Below, in pieces: positions 7,602 to 18,932 of a stretch of 64,000 nt of DNA. Origin of the DNA: Psilocybe cubensis (lineage: Eukaryota); NCBI GenBank assembly GCA_017499595.2, contig JAFIQS020000017.1:1-64000 (forward strand), written 5' to 3'. A program made the translations under genes and the position numbers. Positions within the stretch are counted from its first letter, which is position 1. The number at the start of each line of letters is the position of its first letter. A model generated the notes under the pieces. It had not been told where the DNA came from. It saw only the letters and a program-made list of their open reading frames with translations, and searched no databases.

Positions 7602-8530
7602 CAAGTACTCGTCCTCTCCCAAACTCCTGCCGCTTGTGCCTTCCCAACTCATCCGGGAGCCCTTTCGTCACTGATCTTGCCCTTGACTCGGGGACGTTTC
7701 ATCGACATGTTGGCTGCCTCACGGCAAGCGGGGCCCTTTTTCTTTCACTCGCTCACGCCTTCTATGTTGGGTTACGGAGGTCATACAAACTCGTTTTAGT
7801 CTAGCTGCGGGGTTATCCAGCTATGATGACTTTGTAATTCGAGGGCGCGCAGTTCTTCAATGGGTATGGACATCAGGTGAGAGTACACTGGGGGTTGTCA
7901 GGACCAGCTCTGCTGGATACGCTCCTGGCAAGTCGGTTGCAGCCGGCGACACTACCGAATTGCTGGGACGTCCTAAAGCTTGTGGGTACCGCCGACCGCT
8001 GGAAACAGCCTAGGCACCGGTGGCGACCGGGTATGGTAACAATCCCCAAGATTCAGCGAAAGCTGGAATGGATAATCAGCAGCGAATCCGTAACGGTCAC
8101 GCCGACGGAAGCGTTCAACGACTAGGTGGTAGTGGGGTCTTCGGATCTTAAGATATAGTCTTGGGAGTGGGGAAACCCACATCTGGTATCTAAACCGCGC
8201 CTCGCTGCTTACGAGGACGGCCCGAAGTCCAGAACCGCTTAAAACGCGGGTGACCCGGCCTCCCCTTAGTAAAGGGAGTTAACACAAGGATGGACAAATA
8301 GTTCGTCGCCGGAAATGAACCTGTGGCTGTAATGGCTGATGTGGCGCCCCTTGGTAAAGGGCTTAAAGGGTATTAGCCTGCCATATCCAATGGCATGAGA
8401 GTGTCCCTTGGTAAAGGACTTAATAGGCAATAGCCTGCTCTTTTGTCATGAGCGGTATGTAGTGATCGTTTGCCTGTACGGTAGCGCCCATTGCTTGCAC
8501 TGGTCCACGCCCGTAAAAAATCACGAGCCG
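7602..8530 (+). mobile_element. Group I intron IC1-like, 929 nt (copy 2), interrupting the hammerhead that starts at 7537
   Basis: Same insertion point CAGCCCT|...GAGCCG|CTGGCC; near-identical to copy 1. Confidence 0.93.
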
Positions 8531-8644
8531 CTGGCCTTCTTTCTATTTCAAACTCACAGTTTAAACTAGTCGCTCGCACCTCGCTTCGCTCGGTGCTCGC
8601 TCCCCCCCTAAACCCAACGACTTTGCTATCACCCATCAGTTACC

Positions 8645-11600
8645 ATGTCATCCCAATACTCTGCTGCATTCTCTCGTGCCATGTCCCCTACCCTGGACGC
8701 ACTCACCCAGGCCGTCGTCAACAACACTGTCTTCGGCGTCAACGATGAAGCAGGCCGCCATAACGCTCTTATCGACGAGCTGGCCACTGTGGTCATCAAA
8801 AAAATAGCTGAGTGCCGCTCCGTTGACCAAGTCATAGACTGCGTCTTTTTTGACTATCGTGCTGCCCTCAGGGAGTTTCTCCTCAACCTCGCATCGTGGT
8901 GCGACAAGAGGGAAACAGTCAAGGCTAGCCTCGAGCGCCTTGAATCTGCCGTTAGCGCAGGCAACACGCCCAATCGCCTTAAGGTGAAGGCACCCGAGTT
9001 CCAACTTACGAAGGAATTCGCGGATGCCGGGTCAGCGGAGGCTCTTCGAGTCTCCACTACGTTCTCTTCCGCTCGTGATGCCTTCCAAAAGGCAATTAAC
9101 GACGGCGCCGTTCAGGCGAAAAAGGACGAGCTGGCTTTTTGGGATGATAAATGCGCACTCAACTCTTGCTACGAAGCTGCTGCCCTCATCGTTAAGGCAA
9201 CTTACGATGATCGCAAATCCAGCTACAAGCTCCCTGTTTTCTCTACAGACAACAAGGGAGTTCGACGTATAGCAGAGTGGGTAGTGTCTCCGCAAAAGAA
9301 AGCCGAATGCAGTGCGCTGCAAACTATACTGCCGGCGATCTTTTCTCATATCAAACAGATTGTCAACATGCGCCACCGCGCCTTGGCAATTAAGATTGAG
9401 AAAAAGCGGACGACTGCGGCAACAGCCGATGTCGAGATGGCCGATGCGACCAAACCAGGTCCATCGATTCAATCCCTTATTGATAAGGGCTTGAATGCAC
9501 GTCTCAAAAAGCTCAACCTTGGATCTGTGGGCAAGAAGGCAAGTTTTCGTAACCCTTCACCCATAATTCTGGACACTAATTATTACTCTAATTACCCAGA
9601 CTTTGTCTGGCCAGAATTCGTCCAAGGCTCCTCAACCTCAGGCCAGGAAAGCTGGCCCTTCGAAACCCAAGTCGTCGTCGACGCCTTCGCAGAGGAAGCC
9701 TCAAACCAAGGCTTCCAACAAGGTCGACAACAAGAAGAAAGGGAAGGGGAGAGCTCCCGTCAAGAACAACGATCCAAAGGGAAAGGGAAAGGCAAGAGCC
9801 TAGACGCGCGGTCTACTGTAGCATCATTTACGTCGGTGAGACCCGCCTTCCCCAACTCTATTCCTGACGATATACTCACCATGACTAAAACAGACGCAGT
9901 TTCTTTTGTACACCTCAATACCCCGATTTCATTCTTATTGGCTGGCCAGTATAGATCTAGTGTACACTGTAGTCCTGGTGTTTCGGTCCCTGTTGATGTA
10001 GCAAATGATTTATCTCTTGGACTCAATTATATGTTTTTTACACTGCCTTCTAAAAATCTGATCATGCAAGCATGGAATGATTTTCAACGAAGAATAAGAT
10101 GGCGTATCTATTTTTTGTTTAAAGAAGGCATGAATAAACCTTTCGATCCAGACTATGGAGTAAGCTCTAAAAAGAAAGAGAAACCTCCAATGTTACCGCA
10201 ATTTATGGAACTTGGCCTTTCAATGGGACGTCGGTACGTTATTAAAACGATCGCAAGTATCCCGGAAGAAGCCCTTAAAGAGATGCGAAAGCACGCGTTC
10301 TCTCCTAAAAGGGACAAGATCCAAAAGTTTCTTTTCGATAACAACTATGTTATTACGATGACAGATAAGAATCTTGGCCTCGCGGTGTCTGAACGCGACT
10401 GGATATTAAGGAATGAGCTCAATCTTCTTGAAGATGAACGCAACTACGAAGAGTTAGAATTCGAAGTTGCGCAAGAAGTTATGAAGAGCAAAATGATTCA
10501 GATGCAAACTCTCGCACGTACCGTCGAAGATGAACATCTGTTTCTATTTGAACTTGGGTTGTCTCGATTCTTTCTATCGAATGTACCGGAAGACGGATCA
10601 TCGTTCAAGTATCCTCAATTTCATGGTATACCTAAAATCCACAAGAAACCTACTGGATTTAGGCCCATAATTCCGTGTCACTCTGTAGTATTTAATCCTG
10701 CAGCCAAGTTTGTATCAAAAGAGCTTAAGCCGATTATTAAATCGACTCCTTCAATCATTCACGGAACGAAGGATCTCTTTACGAGATTAAGCCAATTGCG
10801 TATAGACCCCAAACGACAATGGTATTTTGTCACCGGGGATGTAGTTGCTTTCTATCCCAATATTCCGTTGGACTTGTGCATCGAAATCGTTTGTAATATG
10901 TACGAGGAATGGTTACTCAACGCTTCGGAAGAGAACACTGCATTAGCCCATATTAATCCAAATTCGTTAGAGAATAACTTGGTTAAATTGGGCATCTTTA
11001 AACGTGCTATCGAGATTGGCAATACGCAATTGATAACACAACATGGGTCTAGATATTTTAGACAAAAAAATGGCCTCGCAATGGGCGTCGCGGATTCTCC
11101 GGACCTTGCTAACCTCTTTGGAGCCCATTTTGAAATAAAGTCAAATATCTTAGACCACCCAAACGTGGCCTTCTATGGAAGGTACATCGACGATTGTTTC
11201 GCAATTGTTTACGCCGAGTCCGAAGCACTTGCACTTAATCTTATTAAAGAAACAATAAAGTTCGATGGTTGTGTTATCGAATGGGCTGTTTCCTCGTCGG
11301 GATGTCAATTTCTCGATGCTTTCATATTCAAGGAGTCTGGAAAACTTCATTGGAAGCCATTTGTCAAGACAGGAAACAACCGAGAACGAGTTCCATGGGT
11401 ATCACATCATCCTTTGGACGTCAAACGTGGCGTCTACATTGGAGAGTTATCCAGGTTAGCCGTGCTATGTAGTACCAAGGAAATCTACATCGGAGCAATT
11501 AGAGACCTTAACGCTCTCTATTTGATGCGCGGTTATCCCGAAAACCTAGTCATGTCTTGGTGTAAGAAGAATATACAAGAACGTTGGGAAAAGCGATTCG

Positions 11601-12178
11601 CTTTACGAGTCGCAGAGCACGACGAATCCATTCTTGTACTTAAAACCAGATTTGATCAGGTATGGAATTGGTTTTCAGCTGCTGAACTTGGAAAGACTGT
11701 TACCGAGTACTGGTCGGCATGGTATGAACATGCCGAGAAAGGTCTGTATAGTGCAGACTCGTCCAGACCCCTTATCAAACCAGATCCAAATTACGTTCAC
11801 GACCTCGATGATGTTCGCCCGGAGCTGTTCACACAGATCCTCGTGGACGGAGAAACTGAGTTCGTACCGGATTTGAGGAAGATAGGACTACTCGGAAGTC
11901 GTTGGATAGTATCGCGAAAGCGCAATACTAATCTTTTCGACCTTGCAAATGTGTGGAAGAAAACAGTTTTTCGTAAACTGGATGAAGACATTGCCGAAAA
12001 AGGTGGTGTTGTTCCCGAAACTCAAAACGTTAATGAAACTTATCATTCTGCTCTAGTTGAAGCTGCTGAACAGATAAGTATCGAAAGTGATAACGAGATA
12101 ATACTTCATAGACGTTCAATCTCACAAGAGAAGGAACATCCAGAATTCGGCAGAATATCCAAATCTTACAACCGATGA
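8645..12178 (+). CDS. Penelope-like ORF1-RT, 1177 aa, subfamily B (copy 2)
   Basis: Intact ORF with the same RT motifs (YIDD). N-terminus MSSQYS marks subfamily B. Confidence 0.93.
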   Translation: MSSQYSAAFSRAMSPTLDALTQAVVNNTVFGVNDEAGRHNALIDELATVVIKKIAECRSVDQVIDCVFFDYRAALREFLLNLASWCDKRETVKASLERLESAVSAGNTPNRLKVKAPEFQLTKEFADAGSAEALRVSTTFSSARDAFQKAINDGAVQAKKDELAFWDDKCALNSCYEAAALIVKATYDDRKSSYKLPVFSTDNKGVRRIAEWVVSPQKKAECSALQTILPAIFSHIKQIVNMRHRALAIKIEKKRTTAATADVEMADATKPGPSIQSLIDKGLNARLKKLNLGSVGKKASFRNPSPIILDTNYYSNYPDFVWPEFVQGSSTSGQESWPFETQVVVDAFAEEASNQGFQQGRQQEEREGESSRQEQRSKGKGKGKSLDARSTVASFTSVRPAFPNSIPDDILTMTKTDAVSFVHLNTPISFLLAGQYRSSVHCSPGVSVPVDVANDLSLGLNYMFFTLPSKNLIMQAWNDFQRRIRWRIYFLFKEGMNKPFDPDYGVSSKKKEKPPMLPQFMELGLSMGRRYVIKTIASIPEEALKEMRKHAFSPKRDKIQKFLFDNNYVITMTDKNLGLAVSERDWILRNELNLLEDERNYEELEFEVAQEVMKSKMIQMQTLARTVEDEHLFLFELGLSRFFLSNVPEDGSSFKYPQFHGIPKIHKKPTGFRPIIPCHSVVFNPAAKFVSKELKPIIKSTPSIIHGTKDLFTRLSQLRIDPKRQWYFVTGDVVAFYPNIPLDLCIEIVCNMYEEWLLNASEENTALAHINPNSLENNLVKLGIFKRAIEIGNTQLITQHGSRYFRQKNGLAMGVADSPDLANLFGAHFEIKSNILDHPNVAFYGRYIDDCFAIVYAESEALALNLIKETIKFDGCVIEWAVSSSGCQFLDAFIFKESGKLHWKPFVKTGNNRERVPWVSHHPLDVKRGVYIGELSRLAVLCSTKEIYIGAIRDLNALYLMRGYPENLVMSWCKKNIQERWEKRFALRVAEHDESILVLKTRFDQVWNWFSAAELGKTVTEYWSAWYEHAEKGLYSADSSRPLIKPDPNYVHDLDDVRPELFTQILVDGETEFVPDLRKIGLLGSRWIVSRKRNTNLFDLANVWKKTVFRKLDEDIAEKGGVVPETQNVNETYHSALVEAAEQISIESDNEIILHRRSISQEKEHPEFGRISKSYNR

Positions 12179-12882
12179 AAAGAATACTAGCGCGTAAGGC
12201 GTAAAGCATTAGAAAAAAACCCTAACCGTAAGTATTCCTTGCTATAAAGTAACAAACATCTACTTACAAGCAACACTTTGGATTAAATAGCTAAACCTAA
12301 ACCCTAAACCCTAAACCCTAAACCCTAACCTAACCCCAACCCTAAGCTAACTAAGTCTAACCTTAGTAGGAAGTAAGGTAGGCGTGTGAACTTCCGAACG
12401 GCATGTGATTGTGAAGGGCCGGATCTAATTTAGTACATGGGAAAAGTTACTTAGTACTTCGGGAAAAGTTCCTTAGTACCGTGGAAACATTTTTGATGGA
12501 CCGGATCATGAACTGTCCAATTAAGATTCACAACAATCAATCATTCTATTGTTTGATTGTTAGGTAAGGACCCAGGTAAGCTATTTATACTCTAGACATG
12601 TGAATATTCCCATGTCGCGGTTACTCGGAGCCACGTAACCAGAGTAATCTATATCCATGTGATTCACATCACAGTCAATAACCCACGATGTCAAAGAACA
12701 AAAGTGTTGGATCCACTTTTGACAGGTTACCATGTGCCACATCGACCCGTGACACTCTGTTCATCAGAGACCTGTCTAACTTGACAATAAACATTGACAG
12801 ATTTGTGATAGTCGGTAAGATACATGACAGCTGCGCAGCATCACTTCACGCGCTGTCATCGGATGTCTAGAACATTCCTTCT

Positions 12883-12958
12883 AAGAATAGCCACTGAAGA
12901 GTCTATAAAGACGAAAGGGCTGGTTGTTGGGATCCCCCAACAGCCCTCTGGCCTTCTT
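12883..12958 (+). ncRNA. Hammerhead ribozyme, intact (variant B)
   Basis: Same motif as 6796-6871. Confidence 0.9.
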
Positions 12959-13610
12959 TCTATTTCAAACTCACAGTTTAAACTAGTCGCTCGCACCTCG
13001 CTTCGCTCGGTGCTCGCTCCCCCCCTAAACCCTAAACCCTAAACCCTAAACCCTAACCTAACCCCAACCCTAAGCTAACTAAGTCTAACCTTAGTAGGAA
13101 GTAAGGTAGGCGTGTGAACTTCCGAACGGCATGTGATTGTGAAGGGCCGGATCTAATTTAGTACATGGGAAAAGTTACTTAGTACTTCGGGAAAAGTTCC
13201 TTAGTACCGTGGAAACATTTTTGATGGACCGGATCATGAACTGTCCAATTAAGATTCACAACAATCAATCATTCTATTGTTTGATTGTTAGGTAAGGACC
13301 CAGGTAAGCTATTTATACTCTAGACATGTGAATATTCCCATGTCGCGGTTACTCGGAGCCACGTAACCAGAGTAATCTATATCCATGTGATTCACATCAC
13401 AGTCAATAACCCACGATGTCAAAGAACAAAAGTGTTGGATCCACTTTTGACAGGTTACCATGTGCCACATCGACCCGTGACACTCTGTTCATCAGAGACC
13501 TGTCTAACTTGACAATAAACATTGACAGATTTGTGATAGTCGGTAAGATACATGACAGCTGCGCAGCATCACTTCACGCGCTGTCATCGGATGTCTAGAA
13601 CATTCCTTCT

Positions 13611-13686
13611 AAGAATAGCCACTGAAGAGTCTATAAAGACGAAAGGGCTGGTTGTTGGGATCCCCCAACAGCCCTCTGGCCTTCTT
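13611..13686 (+). ncRNA. Hammerhead ribozyme, intact (variant B), upstream of ORF copy 3
   Basis: Same motif, no intron. Confidence 0.9.
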
Positions 13687-13789
13687 TCTATTTCAAACTC
13701 ACAGATTAAACTAGTCGCTCGCACCTCGCTTCGCTCGGTGCTCGCTCCCCCCCTAAACCCAACGACTTTGCTATCACCCATCAGTTACC

Positions 13790-16700
13790 ATGTCATCCCA
13801 ATACTCTGCTGCATTCTCTCGTGCCATGTCCCCTACCCTGGACGCACTCACCCAGGCCGTCGTCAACAACACTGTCTTCGGCGTCAACGATGAAGCAGGC
13901 CGCCATAACGCTCTTATCGACGAGCTGGCCACTGTGGTCATCAAAAAAATAGCTGAGTGCCGCTCCGTTGACCAAGTCATAGACTGCGTCTTTTTTGACT
14001 ATCGTGCTGCCCTCAGGGAGTTTCTCCTCAACCTCGCATCGTGGTGCGACAAGAGGGAAACAGTCAAGGCTAGCCTCGAGCGCCTTGAATCTGCCGTTAG
14101 CGCAGGCAACACGCCCAATCGCCTTAAGGTGAAGGCACCCGAGTTCCAACTTACGAAGGAATTCGCGGATGCCGGGTCAGCGGAGGCTCTTCGAGTCTCC
14201 ACTACGTTCTCTTCCGCTCGTGATGCCTTCCAAAAGGCAATTAACGACGGCGCCGTTCAGGCGAAAAAGGACGAGCTGGCTTTTTGGGATGATAAATGCG
14301 GCGCTCAACTCTTGCTACGAAGCTGCTGCCCTCATCGTTAAGGCAACTTACGATGATCGCAAATCCAGCTACAAGCTCCCTGTTTTCTCTACAGACAACA
14401 AGGGAGTTCGACGTATAGCAGAGTGGGTAGTGTCTCCGCAAAAGAAAGCCGAATGCAGTGCGCTGCAAACTATACTGCCGGCGATCTTTTCTCATATCAA
14501 ACAGATTGTCAACATGCGCCACCGCGCCTTGGCAATTAAGATTGAGAAAAAGCGGACGACTGCGGCAACAGCCGATGTCGAGATGGCCGATGCGACCAAA
14601 CCAGGTCCATCGATTCAATCCCTTATTGATAAGGGCTTGAATGCACGTCTCAAAAAGCTCAACCTTGGATCTGTGGGCAAGAAGGCAAGTTTTCGTAACC
14701 CTTCACCCATAATTCTGGACACTAATTATTACTCTAATTACCCAGACTTTGTCTGGCCAGAATTCGTCCAAGGCTCCTCAACCTCAGGCCAGGAAAGCTG
14801 GCCCTTCGAAACCCAAGTCGTCGTCGACGCCTTCGCAGAGGAAGCCTCAAACCAAGGCTTCCAACAAGGTCGACAACAAGAAGAAAGGGAAGGGGAGAGC
14901 TCCCGTCAAGAACAACGATCCAAAGGGAAAGGGAAAGGCAAGAGCCTAGACGCGCGGTCTACTGTAGCATCATTTACGTCGGTGAGACCCGCCTTCCCCA
15001 ACTCTATTCCTGACGATATACTCACCATGACTAAAACAGACGCAGTTTCTTTTGTACACCTCAATACCCCGATTTCATTCTTATTGGCTGGCCAGTATAG
15101 ATCTAGTGTACACTGTAGTCCTGGTGTTTCGGTCCCTGTTGATGTAGCAAATGATTTATCTCTTGGACTCAATTATATGTTTTTTACACTGCCTTCTAAA
15201 AATCTGATCATGCAAGCATGGAATGATTTTCAACGAAGAATAAGATGGCGTATCTATTTTTTGTTTAAAGAAGGCATGAATAAACCTTTCGATCCAGACT
15301 ATGGAGTAAGCTCTAAAAAGAAAGAGAAACCTCCAATGTTACCGCAATTTATGGAACTTGGCCTTTCAATGGGACGTCGGTACGTTATTAAAACGATCGC
15401 AAGTATCCCGGAAGAAGCCCTTAAAGAGATGCGAAAGCACGCGTTCTCTCCTAAAAGGGACAAGATCCAAAAGTTTCTTTTCGATAACAACTATGTTATT
15501 ACGATGACAGATAAGAATCTTGGCCTCGCGGTGTCTGAACGCGACTGGATATTAAGGAATGAGCTCAATCTTCTTGAAGATGAACGCAACTACGAAGAGT
15601 TAGAATTCGAAGTTGCGCAAGAAGTTATGAAGAGCAAAATGATTCAGATGCAAACTCTCGCACGTACCGTCGAAGATGAACATCTGTTTCTATTTGAACT
15701 TGGGTTGTCTCGATTCTTTCTATCGAATGTACCGGAAGACGGATCATCGTTCAAGTATCCTCAATTTCATGGTATACCTAAAATCCACAAGAAACCTACT
15801 GGATTTAGGCCCATAATTCCGTGTCACTCTGTAGTATTTAATCCTGCAGCCAAGTTTGTATCAAAAGAGCTTAAGCCGATTATTAAATCGACTCCTTCAA
15901 TCATTCACGGAACGAAGGATCTCTTTACGAGATTAAGCCAATTGCGTATAGACCCCAAACGACAATGGTATTTTGTCACCGGGGATGTAGTTGCTTTCTA
16001 TCCCAATATTCCGTTGGACTTGTGCATCGAAATCGTTTGTAATATGTACGAGGAATGGTTACTCAACGCTTCGGAAGAGAACACTGCATTAGCCCATATT
16101 AATCCAAATTCGTTAGAGAATAACTTGGTTAAATTGGGCATCTTTAAACGTGCTATCGAGATTGGCAATACGCAATTGATAACACAACATGGGTCTAGAT
16201 ATTTTAGACAAAAAAATGGCCTCGCAATGGGCGTCGCGGATTCTCCGGACCTTGCTAACCTCTTTGGAGCCCATTTTGAAATAAAGTCAAAAATCTTAGA
16301 CCACCCAAACGTGGCCTTCTATGGAAGGTACATCGACGATTGTTTCGCAATTGTTTACGCCGAGTCCGAAGCACTTGCACTTAATCTTATTAAAGAAACA
16401 ATAAAGTTCGATGGTTGTGTTATCGAATGGGCTGTTTCCTCGTCGGGATGTCAATTTCTCGATGCTTTCATATTCAAGGAGTCTGGAAAACTTCATTGGA
16501 AGCCATTTGTCAAGACAGGAAACAACCGAGAACGAGTTCCATGGGTATCACATCATCCTTTGGACGTCAAACGTGGCGTCTACATTGGAGAGTTATCCAG
16601 GTTAGCCGTGCTATGTAGTACCAAGGAAATCTACATCGGAGCAATTAGAGACCTTAACGCTCTCTATTTGATGCGCGGTTATCCCGAAAACCTAGTCATG

Positions 16701-17324
16701 TCTTGGTGTAAGAAGAATATACAAGAACGTTGGGAAAAGCGATTCGCTTTACGAGTCGCAGAGCACGACGAATCCATTCTTGTACTTAAAACCAGATTTG
16801 ATCAGGTATGGAATTGGTTTTCAGCTGCTGAACTTGGAAAGACTGTTACCGAGTACTGGTCGGCATGGTATGAACATGCCGAGAAAGGTTTGTATAGTGC
16901 AGACTCGTCCAGACCCCTTATCAAACCAGATCCAAATTACGTTCACGACCTCGATGATGTTCGCCCGGAGCTGTTCACACAGATCCTCGTGGACGGAGAA
17001 ACTGAGTTCGTACCGGATTTGAGGAAGATAGGACTACTCGGAAGTCGTTGGATAGTATCGCGAAAACGCAATACTAATCTTTTCGACCTTGCAAATGTGT
17101 GGAAGAAAACAGTCTTTCGTAAACTGGATGAAAACATCGCTGAAAAAGGTGGTGTTGTTCCCGAAACTCAAAACGTTAATGAAACTTATCATTCTGCTTT
17201 AGTTGAAGCTGCTGAACAGATAAGTATCGAAAGTGATAACGAGATAATACTTCATAGACGTTCAATCTCACAAGAGAGGGAACATCCAGAATTCGGCAGA
17301 ATATCCAAATCTTACAACCGATGA
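13790..17324 (+). pseudogene. Penelope-like ORF1-RT, subfamily B, +1 frameshift near 14300 (copy 3)
   Basis: AAATGCGGCGCTCAAC versus AAATGCGCACTCAAC in copy 2. The ORF splits into 13790-14341 and 14169-17324. Confidence 0.88.
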
Positions 17325-18034
17325 AAAGAATACTAGCGCGTAAGGCGTAAAGCATTAGAAAAAAACCCTAACCGTAAGTATTCCTTGCTACAAAGTAACA
17401 AACATCTACTTACAAGCAACACATTGGATTAAATAGCTAAACCTAAACCTAAACCCTAAACCCTAAACCCTAAACCCTAACCTAACCCCAACCCTAAGCT
17501 AACTAAGTCTAACCTTAGTAGGAAGTAAGGTAGGCGTGTGAACTTCCGAACGGCATGTGATTGTGAAGGGCCGGATCTAATTTAGTACATGGGAAAAGTT
17601 ACTTAGTACTTCGGGAAAAGTTCCTTAGTACCGTGGAAACATTTTTGATGGACCGGATCATGAACTGTCCAATTAAGATTCACAACAATCAATCATTCTA
17701 TTGTTTGATTGTTAGGTAAGGACCCAGGTAAGCTATTTATACTCTAGACATGTGAATATTCCCATGTCGCGGTTACTCGGAGCCACGTAACCAGAGTAAT
17801 CTATATCCATGTGATTCACATCACAGTCAATAACCCACGATGTCAAAGAACAAAAGTGTTGGATCCACTTTTGACAGGTTACCATGTGCCACATCGACCC
17901 GTGACACTCTGTTCATCAGAGACCTGTCTAACTTGACAATAAACATTGACAGATTTGTGATAGTCGGTAAGATACATGACAGCTGCGCAGCATCACTTCA
18001 CGCGCTGTCATCGGATGTCTAGAACATTCCTTCT

Positions 18035-18110
18035 AAGAATAGCCACTGAAGAGTCTATAAAGACGAAAGGGCTGGTTGTTGGGATCCCCCAACAGCCCTC
18101 TGGCCTTCTT
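18035..18110 (+). ncRNA. Hammerhead ribozyme, intact (variant B)
   Basis: Same motif. Confidence 0.9.
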
Positions 18111-18755
18111 TCTATTTCAAACTCACAGTTTAAACTAGTCGCTCGCACCTCGCTTCGCTCGGTGCTCGCTCCCCCCCTAAACCCTAAACCCTAAACCCTA
18201 AGCCCTAACCTAACCCCAACCCTAAGCTAACTAAGTCTAACCTTAGTAGGAAGTAAGGTAGGCGTGTGAACTTCCGAAAGGCATGTGATTGTGAAGGGCC
18301 GGATCTAATTTAGTACATGGGAAAAGTTACTTAGTACCTCGGGAAAAGTTCCTTAGTACCGTGGAAACATTTTTGATGGACCGGATCATGAACTGTCCAA
18401 TTAAGATTCACAACAATCAATCAATTGATTGTTAGGTAAGGACCCAGGTAAGCTATTTATACTCTTGACATGAGAATATTCCCATGTCACGGTTACTCGG
18501 AGCCACGTAACCAGAGTATTTTATATCCATGTGATTCACATCACAGTCAATAACCCACGATGTCAAAGAACAAAAGTGTTGGATCCACTTTTGACAGGTT
18601 ACCATGTGCCACATCGACCCGTGACACTCTGTTCATCAGAGATCTGTCTAACTTGACAATAAACATTGACAGATTTGTGATAGTCGGTAAGATACATGAC
18701 AGCTGCGCAGCATCACTTCACGCGCTGTCATCGGATGTTCCAGAACATTCCTTCT

Positions 18756-18831
18756 AAGAATAGCCACTGAAGAGTCTATAAAGACGAAAGGGCTGGCTGC
18801 TGATAACAATCAACAGCCCTCTGGCCTTCTT
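18756..18831 (+). ncRNA. Hammerhead ribozyme, intact (variant A), upstream of ORF copy 4
   Basis: Same motif, no intron. Confidence 0.9.
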
Positions 18832-18932
18832 TCCATTTAACTCACAGTTTAAACAAGTCGCTCGCACCTCGCTTCGCTCGGTGCTCGCTCCCCCCCTAAA
18901 CCCAACGACTTTGCTATTACCCAACAGCTACT

